Positions 8,541-17,988 of a DNA stretch of 64,000 bases are shown here, piece after piece. Both the position numbers and the translations under genes were made by a program. The stretch's first letter is position 1. Each line of letters opens with the position of its first letter. Under the pieces are notes generated by a model. That model ran no database searches and was not told the DNA's origin. It was given only the letters and a program-made list of their open reading frames with translations. Source of the DNA: a candidate division WOR-3 bacterium (lineage in GTDB: Bacteria; Hydrothermota; Hydrothermia; UBA1063); assembly GCA_039803545.1 (NCBI GenBank), contig JBDRYS010000003.1, positions 83,096-147,095 of the forward strand, in the 5' to 3' direction.

Positions 8541-9820
8541 TCAAACAAATCAGGAGTCTCTTCAACAAGATAATGAAAAATCCTGATTACAGAGCTCTTT
8601 TAGAAAATTTTTCATCGCTAACGGCGCTCCAGTTTGTAAACTATGTTTTTCCAATAATTACATTCCCTTACCTCGTACGGGTCTTAGGTGTTGAAAAATT
8701 TGGCTTACTCTCCTTCGCACAATCTTTTGTGGCCTATTTTACACTATTAACAAACTACGGATTCTATCTTACGGGAATCCAACAAATCGCAATCAAAAGG
8801 GAAGATAAAGAAGAATCTGGCAAAATCCTTGCAAGCATAATCGGAGCTAAAATCTTCTTAATGATCCTTAGCTTCTTTATTTTTAGTTTAATCGTTTTTT
8901 CTTTTAAAAAATTCAGGCAGGATTACACCCTTTACTATTTCTGCTTTGCAATAGTCTTGGTTGAAACTTTCACACCTTATTGGTTCTTTCGTGGAATTGA
9001 AAAAATGCGCTACATAACAATCCTCACCGCAATTTCGAAAGCATTTTACACTGCAGGAATCTTTCTTTTCGTGAGGAGATCAGAACAGGTCTATCTGGTT
9101 CCTCTAATAAGCGCTACATCCACATTACTAGTCGATATTGAGGCTTTTAGAGTAATATATCTTAAGTTTAACTACAAGTTCGTAATCCCTAGGACTAAAG
9201 ATATAGTGTATCAGTTGAAAGATGGTTTTACTATTTTTATGTCACAAGTTGCCATAAACCTTTATACTACATCAAACACCTTCATCCTCGGGATTCTGAC
9301 AAACAACACATATGTAGGCTATTACGCTGCTGCACAAAAAATCCTATCCATCATACTATCCCTAATTTCCCTTGTTCAACAAACACTTTATCCATATGCT
9401 AACCGCCTTGTTGCAACCCAAAAGGGGAATGCTAAAGTGTTCTTCCAAAAACTCACTAAAATCATTGGAATATCGGGACTTATAATATCTCTTTTTTTGT
9501 TTATCTTTGCTCCACTATTGGTAAAAATTATCCTTGGTTCTGGATACCTCCCATCTATCACAACAATCAGGATTTTATCTCTACTGCCTTTTTTAGTTAT
9601 ATTAAGCAACGTATTTGGACTTTTAATTATGCTGCCTATGGGTTATAAAGCAGAATTCATGAAAATCTTATGGGGAGCCAGTATTATAAATATAACCTTC
9701 GCCTTAATCCTTGTCCCAAACCTTAAGCACAATGGTACCGCAATGAGCGCAACAATAACAGAAATGTATGTCACCCTCACTATGTGGCTATTTTTACGAA
9801 GAAAAAGAATTACAATTTAA
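8537..9820 (+). CDS. MOP-superfamily O-antigen/polysaccharide flippase (Wzx-like)
   Basis: 427 aa with about 12 TM segments. The N-terminus LENFSSLTALQFVNYVFPIITFPYLVRVLGVEKFGLLSFAQS is typical of Wzx flippases. A 4-nt overlap links it to the upstream gene. Confidence 0.85.
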   Translation: MIKQIRSLFNKIMKNPDYRALLENFSSLTALQFVNYVFPIITFPYLVRVLGVEKFGLLSFAQSFVAYFTLLTNYGFYLTGIQQIAIKREDKEESGKILASIIGAKIFLMILSFFIFSLIVFSFKKFRQDYTLYYFCFAIVLVETFTPYWFFRGIEKMRYITILTAISKAFYTAGIFLFVRRSEQVYLVPLISATSTLLVDIEAFRVIYLKFNYKFVIPRTKDIVYQLKDGFTIFMSQVAINLYTTSNTFILGILTNNTYVGYYAAAQKILSIILSLISLVQQTLYPYANRLVATQKGNAKVFFQKLTKIIGISGLIISLFLFIFAPLLVKIILGSGYLPSITTIRILSLLPFLVILSNVFGLLIMLPMGYKAEFMKILWGASIINITFALILVPNLKHNGTAMSATITEMYVTLTMWLFLRRKRITI

Positions 9821-9821
9821 C

Positions 9822-11040
9822 ATGTACGATAACGTGAAGTCAAAAGTTTTCATAATCGGGGCAGGGATTACTGGTTTAACAGCGGGCATTGGTAATGATT
9901 TAACTTTGATATTTGAAAAAGAAAATTTTCCAGGGGGATTGTGTGCAAGTTATTACACTGATTTTAATTGTAAAAAATTTACTCAACGTTTGTCTAAAGA
10001 AACCTTTAGATTCGAAAGGGGTGGTGGACACTGGATTTGGGCTTCAGAAAGGGATTCTCGATACATAGAATTTCTGAAACAATTCTCAGAATTGAAATTT
10101 TATGAGAGAAAAGCCGCCGTATATTTTAGGAAATGGGACTTAATTGTTCCATATCCTCTTCAGTTCAACCTCTACCTACTACCTGGCGAAATAAAAGAAA
10201 AGATAAAACAGGACCTTAGAAAGGTAAGTGAAACTCAAGCAACCTCACTTAAAGAATGGCTTTACAATAATTTTGGGGAAACTTTGTGCGAAATTTTCTT
10301 TTTCCCTTTTAACGAGAAATATACAGCAGGATTATTGAATAAAATTTCTTTAAAGGACGAATATAAAACGCCTATTATAAAAGAAAGAATAATAGAGAGT
10401 TTAGAAAGACCATCTTATGGGCAAGAATTTGGATATAATCCAAAATTCTTTTACCCTGTAGACGGCCTCGATGCCCTTACCGCAAAAATGGCATTAAGAG
10501 CAAATATTTCTTATGAAAAAGAAGTAGTACAAATAGACACGAAGCGAAAAGAAATCATCTTCAGAGATGGAGATGATATTAAATTCGAGTAGGTTGATTT
10601 CTACTTTACCTTTGAAAATATTAATGCAGCTCTCAGGAATGTTTGACGAAATTGATTTTCTTCTTCATAACTCTTTGTTGGTTTTAAACATCGGCGCTAT
10701 CAGAGGAAGAAAGAAAATAGACCATCACTGGTTATATATTCCGGAATCTAAAAGCGGATTTCATCGAATAGGATTCTACTCAAATGTTGATAAAGACTTT
10801 CTTCCAGAAAGTCTTGCAAATGACGAGCATATAATTTCTCTTTATGTCGAGAAGGCATATCCGATGGGTTTCGAACGGCAGATTGATGTGGAAAAATCAA
10901 TAAAGGGTATAATCGAAGAGCTCAAAGAATGGCAAATTATAGAAAAAGAGCTCGTTGTAGATTATACGTTGGTTCCCATTGCCTATTGTTGGGAATCAAA
11001 GAAATATTACAAAGATCACAAAGAGAAAATATTAAATCAG
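9822..11040 (+). pseudogene. Glf-like FAD-dependent oxidoreductase, frameshifted and 3'-truncated
   Basis: The likely start is ATG 9822 (MYDNVKSKVFIIGAGITGLTAG, a GxGxxG dinucleotide fold). The reading frame breaks near 10588: ..RDGDDIKFE* continues in the +1 frame as SRLISTLPL..HWLYIPE..FHRIGFYSN. Homology ends at about 11040-11055, where an unrelated gene fragment begins. Confidence 0.7.
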
Positions 11041-11779
11041 AAGAAAAAATTACTCCTTATCCTTTTCAGAAATAGCCCTCTACTTTACATCAACAAATTT
11101 ACCTGACCCTTATTTTTTAAATCCCTTCATTCTTTACCACACCCGATTCCTTGACACCGAAGAAAATGGAGACCACAATGTATTCTGGATTTTAGCAGGC
11201 AACTATCAGGGTGCCAAATTCATTTCTCAATTTGAGTTCTCCATCGACGATTGGCACATTCCCGATGTCAATGTCTGGGGCCCAAATAAGATTGCCTGGA
11301 TCTTTAGAACATATTTCACCGATTTTCCCCGTACAGGTTTTCAGTCAGGAATATCCTATTCTGGCGCAACCCGTTGGGTTTTTGTGCATCGATTAGAACT
11401 CCTTTATTTCAAAAACAAAACAGAACCAATGGGCACTCTGAATGATAACGATTTCGACAGCCTTTCCATCTTCCTTCGAAAACCCATTTTAAATTCCTTT
11501 AGCCATTGTAAGTTAACATTCTTTTACAAAAGAAAAGGAGAGGGCTCCATAAATGACAAAGATTATACCTATTACTTAGACTCAGCTCCTCTTGAAACTT
11601 TCCTCTCCGGAACTGTTGAACATCACCTCGGAAGTAGTATAAACTTCGAAATAATAACAAAAAAATCGAGGCTCATGCTGGACATATCACTCCAGAAAAT
11701 TTTTAACAGCAATCACATTAAGGGGAAAAGCTCCTTAGAGCTCTCCGCAAAAATTTTTATTTCAACAAGGGCATATTAA
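11036..11779 (+). pseudogene. 3' fragment (about 225 codons) of a paralog of the OMP-like gene at 22867-24213
   Basis: One open frame with no plausible start translates to LSFSEIALYFTSTNLPDPYFLNPFILYHTRFLD..NVFWILAGNYQGAKF..IDDWHIPD..KIAWIF..GATRW..NDNDFD..FFYKRKGEG. It is colinear with residues ~210-448 of the 22867 product and roughly 50-60 percent identical by eye. The N-terminal half is missing. Confidence 0.75.
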
Positions 11780-11826
11780 AACGCCTGCAACACCAAGATC
11801 AAAGTTTATTCTATGGGATCGAAAAG

Positions 11827-12108
11827 AAAACTACCTTGAGAACTTTATCCTTTCTCCCCTTTATTGTCTCCATAAGCCAGATTTTTGGCGTTTTAATAAT
11901 GATACCTAAGGAATTCAAAAGAGAATTCATAAAAATTTAGTGGAGTGCAAGCATTATTAGCATCCTTTTATCACTCCTTTTAGTACCAACATTGAAACAC
12001 AAGGGCACTGCACTAAGCTCAGTTCTAAAAGAAACCTTCGTTAGTTTTTCGATGCTCATTTTTCTTAGGGAAATCCAAGACACTCAATTCATACCAAAAG
12101 CATTATAA
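11827..12108 (+). pseudogene. 3' fragment of a Wzx flippase paralog with an in-frame stop
   Basis: It translates to TTLRTLSFLPFIVSISQIFGVLIMIPKEFKREFIKI*WSASIISILLSLLLVPTLKHKGTALS... The intact flippase C-terminus reads TTIRILSLLPFLVILSNVFGLLIMLPMGYKAEFMKILWGASIINITFALILVPNLKHNGTAMS. There is a TAG at 11938-11940 and no upstream part of the gene. Confidence 0.75.
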
Positions 12109-12118
12109 TTAGCCTCAA

Positions 12119-13270
12119 ATGGATAGTTTTCATTATGTGGTAGTTGGTGCAGGATTTGCAGGTTGTACAATTGCGGAGCGGATTGCGAATATTCTTGGCA
12201 AAGAACTCCTCATCATAGAAAAAAGACCACATATTGGGGGAAATTGTTACGACCACAGGAACGAAAAAAACATCTTAGTTCATAAATATGGCCCCCATCT
12301 TTTTCATACAGACTTTAAAGATGTCTTTGAATATCTCAGTAATTTTACGGAATGGCATCCCTACGAGCATCGGGTCCTTGCAGTAATCAACGGTAAAAAG
12401 GTCCCTCTTCCTTTCAACTTTAACTCCATCGAAACCCTTTTTCCACCAAATTTCGCCTCAAACCTTATAGAAAAATTGGTAAAAACCTACGGAAAGGACA
12501 ATAAAGTGAGCGTTAAAGAACTAATGAGCTCACAAGATAAAGATCTGAACTTTCTTGGAAACTTCGTTTTTGAGAATGTATATAAAAACTATTCTAAAAA
12601 GCAATGGGGGATAGACCCACTCAAACTCGGTGAGGAGGTACTTTCGAGGGTTCCGATTTTAGTTGGAAGGGACGATAGGTACTTCCAGGATAAATTCCAA
12701 GCAGTGCCAGAACACGGCTATACCAAAATTTTTGAAAGGATGCTTTCTAACAAAAAAATCAAACTCCTTTTGAACACCGATTTCAAAGAGCTAATAAAAA
12801 TCGACTTCTTAGAAAAAAAAATTTACTTTAAAGGTAAAGAATTCAAAGGGAAGCTCATCTTTACTGCGCGCATCGATGAACTTTTTAACTTTATATTCGG
12901 CGAACTCTCTTATAGAACCCTTGACCTAAAATTTGAGACCTTAAAGGTGAACTACTTTCAGGAAGTAGCAACAGTAAACTACCCTAACGATTATGAATTT
13001 ACAAGAATTACCGAGTTCAAACACATCCACCCTGTTGATAGTGAGTACACCACAATTCTATACGAGTTTCCGCGAGAATGTAAAGAGAGTGACATCCCTT
13101 TTTATCCTCTTTTTACACAAGAAGAAAAAGAAAAATACTACAAGTATCTTGAACTTGCGGAAAAACTACCCAATTTGATTCTTGTTGGAAGATTGGCCGA
13201 ATTTAAATATTACGATATGGATGATGTGGTTAAAAAGGCATTAGATATTTTAGAAGAGAAACTAAAATGA
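12119..13270 (+). CDS. glf: UDP-galactopyranose mutase
   Basis: Hallmarks are the N-terminus YVVVGAGFAGCTIAERIA..IIEKRPHIGGNCYD..HKYGPHLFHT and, later, FTRITEFKH and LVGRLAEFKYYDMDDVV. The 383-aa length fits. Confidence 0.95.
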   Translation: MDSFHYVVVGAGFAGCTIAERIANILGKELLIIEKRPHIGGNCYDHRNEKNILVHKYGPHLFHTDFKDVFEYLSNFTEWHPYEHRVLAVINGKKVPLPFNFNSIETLFPPNFASNLIEKLVKTYGKDNKVSVKELMSSQDKDLNFLGNFVFENVYKNYSKKQWGIDPLKLGEEVLSRVPILVGRDDRYFQDKFQAVPEHGYTKIFERMLSNKKIKLLLNTDFKELIKIDFLEKKIYFKGKEFKGKLIFTARIDELFNFIFGELSYRTLDLKFETLKVNYFQEVATVNYPNDYEFTRITEFKHIHPVDSEYTTILYEFPRECKESDIPFYPLFTQEEKEKYYKYLELAEKLPNLILVGRLAEFKYYDMDDVVKKALDILEEKLK

Positions 13271-14304
13271 AGGGCAAAGTCTGTGCGGTAGTGGTAACCT
13301 ATAACAGAAAAAATCTGCTTTTAGAATGCTTGGAGGCACTTAGAAAACAAACAAGGCCTTTACAAGGAATTTACTTAGTAGATAACGCATCCACTGATGG
13401 GACCCCCGAATTACTTTTAGAAAAAGGATACATAACCGAACCCCCGCCTAAAGAGTTAAAGGAGCCCTGGGAAAAGGAATTTACAATTCAAAATCTAACT
13501 GATGGTAGTACAATAAGGTTTCATTATGTTAGAATGCAAGAAAATACGGGTGGGTCAGGTGGGTTTTATGAAGGAGTTAAAAGAGGCTACGAAAAAGGTT
13601 ATGATTGGCTTTGGCTTATGGATGATGACGCAGAACCCAAAGAAGACGCTTTGGAAAGGTTAAGTATGTTTTTTAAAGAAGATAATAATGTTGTAGGTTT
13701 AACTGGATTGGTTTTATTGCCAGATGGTACTGTATTCAAATACCATGTGGGAAGGGTGAATTCTAAAAACATTTTTCCTTTAGGGCACTCCCCTTTAGAT
13801 ATGAAAGAATATCAAAGCGAGGTAACTGTGGTCGAGATGGCCTCATTCGTGGGTTTAGCAGTAAGAAGAAACGCAATTAAAAAGGTCGGTTTCCCCAGAA
13901 AGGAATTTTTCATCCATCACGATGATGTAGAGTACTGCATACGTCTGAGAAGTGTAGGGAAAATTTTGCTTGTGCCTAAGAGCATAATATTTCATAAAGA
14001 AGCCGCAAAAACAGGAAGGATAGAAAAACGGCTATTGGGAAGAAAGTTTGTAAGAAAGAAGTTTAACGAACTCTGGCTTACTTATTATGGTATTAGAAAC
14101 TTTGTTTGGCTGGGTAAAAAATATTCAGAAAATAAATTCTTATTTTATTATAAATTAGTCAAAAATTTATTCAAACAAATATTAGTCGTTATTTTAATCG
14201 ATGATAACAAATTTAAAAGAATTAGGTTCATCATAAATGCTTACTTAGATGGATTAGTTGGCAATTTTGATAATGAGAAACCAAAGAGGATTTTATATTG
14301 GTGA
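13267..14304 (+). CDS. Glycosyltransferase family 2 (possible galactofuranosyl/rhamnosyl-type transferase)
   Basis: GT-A N-terminus CAVVVTYNRKNLLLECLEALRKQTRP..YLVDNASTDGT, a DxD-like WLWLMDDDAEP, and HHDDVEYC. It overlaps glf by 4 nt. Confidence 0.85.
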   Translation: MKGKVCAVVVTYNRKNLLLECLEALRKQTRPLQGIYLVDNASTDGTPELLLEKGYITEPPPKELKEPWEKEFTIQNLTDGSTIRFHYVRMQENTGGSGGFYEGVKRGYEKGYDWLWLMDDDAEPKEDALERLSMFFKEDNNVVGLTGLVLLPDGTVFKYHVGRVNSKNIFPLGHSPLDMKEYQSEVTVVEMASFVGLAVRRNAIKKVGFPRKEFFIHHDDVEYCIRLRSVGKILLVPKSIIFHKEAAKTGRIEKRLLGRKFVRKKFNELWLTYYGIRNFVWLGKKYSENKFLFYYKLVKNLFKQILVVILIDDNKFKRIRFIINAYLDGLVGNFDNEKPKRILYW

Positions 14305-14306
14305 GC

Positions 14307-14345
14307 AGGTTTTGGAATTCAAAACCTTGAACATTATTTTTTTAT
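14307..14345 (+). terminator. Possible terminator hairpin after the GT2 gene
   Basis: AGGTTTTG (14307-14314) pairs with CAAAACCT (14320-14327). A T-rich tract follows a few nt downstream (ATTATTTTTTTATTTT). The spacing from stem to T-run is not ideal. Confidence 0.4.
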
Positions 14346-14463
14346 TTTAACTTCCCTGTTCTTGCTTTTGTATTTTAGTAACCATTAAATCATAATGACA
14401 AGTACGACGAGGAGTCATAGTTGATTGACTCTAAAAATGAACTAAAATACAAATTTAATCAAG

Positions 14464-14492
14464 TTGAAATTTCTTGCAAAATAGCTTAAAAT
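14464..14492 (+). promoter_or_regulatory. Possible internal sigma70-like promoter
   Basis: TTGAAA (14464-14469), 17-nt spacer, TAAAAT (14487-14492), 34 nt upstream of ATG 14526. The AT-rich context weakens the specificity of the match. Confidence 0.35.
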
Positions 14493-14525
14493 CTTATTAA
14501 TTTTAAGAAAAAAGTATTTTTTGCA

Positions 14526-15437
14526 ATGATCGATTTCTCGATTGTTATAGTAAATTGGAATTCTACAGAATACTTAAGGGAATGCATTAAATCACTCAAA
14601 AAACATACTAAAAATTTATCATACGAAATTATTGTCATTGATAATAATTCAAATGATTTTAACCCTGATGAGTTTGAATCAGAATTCCCTGATATCAGAA
14701 TAGTAAAGAATAAAGAAAACTTGGGATATGTAAAAGCGGCAAACCAAGGAGCAGCCTTGGCAAGAGGAAACTACTTGGTACTGCTTAATCCAGATACCTT
14801 GTTCATCGATAACTCACTGTATAAGATGAAAAAAGTCTTAGATGATAATCCAGAAATCGCAGTAGTGGGATGCAAAGTTTTAGATAAAAACTTAAAAGTA
14901 AGCCCATACACTATCCTTCAACTACCATCACTTAAAGATCATATCCTGAGAGAACTTCACTTAAAAAAGAACTTATGCAAGCCCAAGGATTATTATGAAC
15001 AAAGTCGATACGTAAGCGGTGTTTCTGGATGTTGTTTTATGACCAGAAAAGCCTTAATAAATAAAGTTGGACTCTTTGACGAGAACATAGTAGCTTACAA
15101 TGAGGAAGTAGATTTCTTCTTAAGAATCAAAAAATTAGGTTACAAAGTATTCTACCTCGCAGAAACCTCTATCATTCATTTCGACGGAGGTAGTTACTCA
15201 TTAGTACCACTTCAGCGAGAAATAGACCTAAGAAAGAGCAGGCTCTATGTGGTTAAAAAGCATTATTCCAAGAGAATTTATTTAACTTGGCTTTTATTTG
15301 AAATAATCAATCTAATCTTAAAATCGATTTTAACTGGTATATTAAGCTTGCTACCTGGTTCAGCTAAGTTAATAAGAAGAGAATTTTTTAATAGAAAATT
15401 AAAGATTTTACACGAAATCTTTAAAACTGCATGTTGA
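14526..15437 (+). CDS. Glycosyltransferase family 2
   Basis: FSIVIVNWNSTEYLRECIKSL, IIVIDNNSND and LLNPDT (DxD region); 303 aa. Confidence 0.85.
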   Translation: MIDFSIVIVNWNSTEYLRECIKSLKKHTKNLSYEIIVIDNNSNDFNPDEFESEFPDIRIVKNKENLGYVKAANQGAALARGNYLVLLNPDTLFIDNSLYKMKKVLDDNPEIAVVGCKVLDKNLKVSPYTILQLPSLKDHILRELHLKKNLCKPKDYYEQSRYVSGVSGCCFMTRKALINKVGLFDENIVAYNEEVDFFLRIKKLGYKVFYLAETSIIHFDGGSYSLVPLQREIDLRKSRLYVVKKHYSKRIYLTWLLFEIINLILKSILTGILSLLPGSAKLIRREFFNRKLKILHEIFKTAC

Positions 15438-16837
15438 ACATTTTATCATTGCTTGCCTTTGCAGTAATATTATTTTTAAGTTCACTAAATCCTTTTAAGA
15501 CATTGTATATCCTGATATTATTTACCATTTTTTTCAACCCCCTCATCCATTATCCATATAAGTATTATCTTTTTTCGCCAATTGGCGGCGAGAGTGGTGC
15601 CAATCTTTTAGATGTAATGAGTCTTGCATTTTTGATTGGTTTTATATTTTACTTTTTAAGTAAAAGAAGACGAGCCTTTATAACAAAAGCAGAAATTCTA
15701 TTGATTTTATTAGTTTTATTACTAACAATTCCTGCTATAACGGGTCTTAAAAGCGGCCATACTGCAATTTCCGTCCTTAGAGACATGAAAAACCCTTTCT
15801 ATTATTTTTTGGCTCTACCATTAGCTTCATGCATCGACTCAGAAAGAAAATTAAAAAAAGCTATCAACTTTATTTTAATACTATCCTATTGGGGTTTAGT
15901 ATACTTTTGGATCTCAAAAATTCTTAATATCTCTTATTTATCAGAAAGCCCAGGGGGGTCGCGATTAATTCCTTTAACATCTGGAATTGTTAAAACTGCT
16001 TACGGTTTTTATAGCACATTCCCATTTTTCGCCTTCGGCTACTTTTGGAATCTTTCTCTTTATATTGCAGAACATAGTAAAAAATTCTTTTTAAGAAGTT
16101 TTTTATTTTTCCTAACAATATTTATCTCATTGTCAAGAGGGGCGTTTGTTGCACTTATCATTTCCACAATTACATTTTTATACTTTAGTGCTAAAACTTT
16201 CTCAAAAAAAATAGATGCAAAATCAATGAAATTTATCTCTATTTTTACGACAGCACTGATTTCATTTATTTTCATATTTCAAATAATTACACTGGAAAAT
16301 TATACCTTTGCTGAAAAGCTATTGAAGATTCCATTCGTTGAACGTTACCTTAGCATTATAAAACCAGAAATTACTACACAAGAAGCTGTTGCAAGTGCTG
16401 AATTCAGATATAAAGCCATCACATACTTTAGATACCATAAAGAAGAAAACCCCAATTTCAATGAATTGATTGGTTATGGATACGGAGAAATTCCATATAC
16501 CCCTTTGAAAATAGAGTTAGCAGAGTATTTAGGACACTCTGCAATAGGCTGGGGAATTTTCCGTCTTGGATTAATACTATTTTCAATATACATAATAATT
16601 TTATTTGTCCTGTTAAAAAGAGTTGGTAAATTCGTGCTTCAGAATGATGAAAAATTCCACAAAACGCTTTACATCGCCAACCTTTCATGGTTTGTATACA
16701 ACTTCATAAGAGCTTTTCCTGCTGATACCTTGTTCAGTAACAATACATCTTCTACTATGACGCTCACAATAATGCTTGTATTTTTCCTATCAACCTATAA
16801 ACAATTAACAACAAAAAAAGAAAGCATTACTTCATGA
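15431..16837 (+). CDS. O-antigen polymerase/ligase family membrane protein (Wzy-like)
   Basis: 468 aa and polytopic. It carries the SLSRGAFVALIIS motif and a late loop IGYGYGEIP..LGHSAIGWGIFRLG that resembles the Wzy_C signature. Confidence 0.7.
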   Translation: MLNILSLLAFAVILFLSSLNPFKTLYILILFTIFFNPLIHYPYKYYLFSPIGGESGANLLDVMSLAFLIGFIFYFLSKRRRAFITKAEILLILLVLLLTIPAITGLKSGHTAISVLRDMKNPFYYFLALPLASCIDSERKLKKAINFILILSYWGLVYFWISKILNISYLSESPGGSRLIPLTSGIVKTAYGFYSTFPFFAFGYFWNLSLYIAEHSKKFFLRSFLFFLTIFISLSRGAFVALIISTITFLYFSAKTFSKKIDAKSMKFISIFTTALISFIFIFQIITLENYTFAEKLLKIPFVERYLSIIKPEITTQEAVASAEFRYKAITYFRYHKEENPNFNELIGYGYGEIPYTPLKIELAEYLGHSAIGWGIFRLGLILFSIYIIILFVLLKRVGKFVLQNDEKFHKTLYIANLSWFVYNFIRAFPADTLFSNNTSSTMTLTIMLVFFLSTYKQLTTKKESITS

Positions 16838-17988
16838 GAATTTTAATAGTTACTTGTGGCTTATCATCTGAAGTTGCGGGCATATCAAGTGTAATATTAC
16901 AACTCGCTAAACAATGCAAACAAAAAGGACACACCGTAATTGTAGTAGGGAATACTAAAAAGAACCCAAAACTCGTAGAACAACTTATTTTATCAGGGAT
17001 TAGAGTAGAAAACATTAATCTCTCTACTTCTTATCGTAATTTGCTTTCAAATCTAATAACTTTCATAAAATTAGTAAAACAATTTAAACCAGACGTGATT
17101 CACACTCACGATAGATGCTCCGATATCAAGTCATTCTTAATTTGTAAACTATTTAAAATAAAACATATAATTACGATCCATGGCATTGTGAGTGTATGGA
17201 AGAAATATGCAAATGAATTCAAATTTTCAAATAAATTCCTAAATCCGTTACTCAATAGAATATGGTTTCATGTGCTAAAAAAAGTCGATCATGTCGTAGC
17301 AGTTAGCGAAGCTGTGAAATATGATCTATTAAAAACCATACAGTTAAACGAAAATAAGATTGTAACAATTTACAATACAGTTGACTTAGAAAGGTTTTCG
17401 CCCATAAGTTATTTACCATCCCAACTACGTAAAGAATATTTCCCTGATCTTCCCAATAGATTTACTCTTACTTTCGTAGGACGTTTAGTCAACGAAAAGA
17501 AACCAGAATATCTAATACTTTTAGTTAGCGAATTAGTAAGAAGAGGCTACGATTGCCAAGGAGTTTTTGTGGGAGATGGGCCACTGATAACCAATCTCCA
17601 AAAAGAAGTCCAAAAGGCAGGATTAATAGACCGCATTTTTTTCTTGGGAAAAAGAAATGATATGCCAATTATCTATAACATATCTGACATTGTGTTGAAT
17701 TTCCATGAAGGAGAATCTTTTGGTCTGGCTGTTGCAGAAGCTTTAAGTTGTGGAAGACCGGTTTTAGCTGTTGCTGGGGGAAACATTCCATATTTAATAA
17801 AGCACAACTTCAATGGATTTTTAATAAACGATTTAGACGTTAAAGTCGCATGTGACCATATTGTCACCCTTATAGAGGATAATAAAAAGTGGATTGCAAT
17901 GGCTCTAAATGCGAGGAAAATTGCAGAAAATCTGTTTGGAAAATATGACTTTTCTGAAAAGTACTTGAAGTTATACTCAACTGTATGA
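16834..17988 (+). CDS. Glycosyltransferase family 4
   Basis: MRILIVTCGL..GGISSV at the N-terminus and the EX7E-type region ESFGLAVAEALSCGRPVLA..NGFLI; 384 aa. Confidence 0.85.
   Translation: MRILIVTCGLSSEVAGISSVILQLAKQCKQKGHTVIVVGNTKKNPKLVEQLILSGIRVENINLSTSYRNLLSNLITFIKLVKQFKPDVIHTHDRCSDIKSFLICKLFKIKHIITIHGIVSVWKKYANEFKFSNKFLNPLLNRIWFHVLKKVDHVVAVSEAVKYDLLKTIQLNENKIVTIYNTVDLERFSPISYLPSQLRKEYFPDLPNRFTLTFVGRLVNEKKPEYLILLVSELVRRGYDCQGVFVGDGPLITNLQKEVQKAGLIDRIFFLGKRNDMPIIYNISDIVLNFHEGESFGLAVAEALSCGRPVLAVAGGNIPYLIKHNFNGFLINDLDVKVACDHIVTLIEDNKKWIAMALNARKIAENLFGKYDFSEKYLKLYSTV

Noticed and set aside
10560-10600. Programmed +1/-1 ribosomal frameshift as an explanation for the split FAD-oxidoreductase gene.
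   Set aside because: There is no slippery heptamer or downstream structure at the junction (AAATTCGAGTAGG). The gene is also truncated at its 3' end by an unrelated fragment, so decay or a sequencing error is the simpler explanation.
11211-11396. A 61-aa ORF (MPNSFLNLSSPSTIG...).
   Set aside because: It is an off-frame reading of the OMP-paralog fragment. The homologous frame is the one continuous from about 11036 to 11779.
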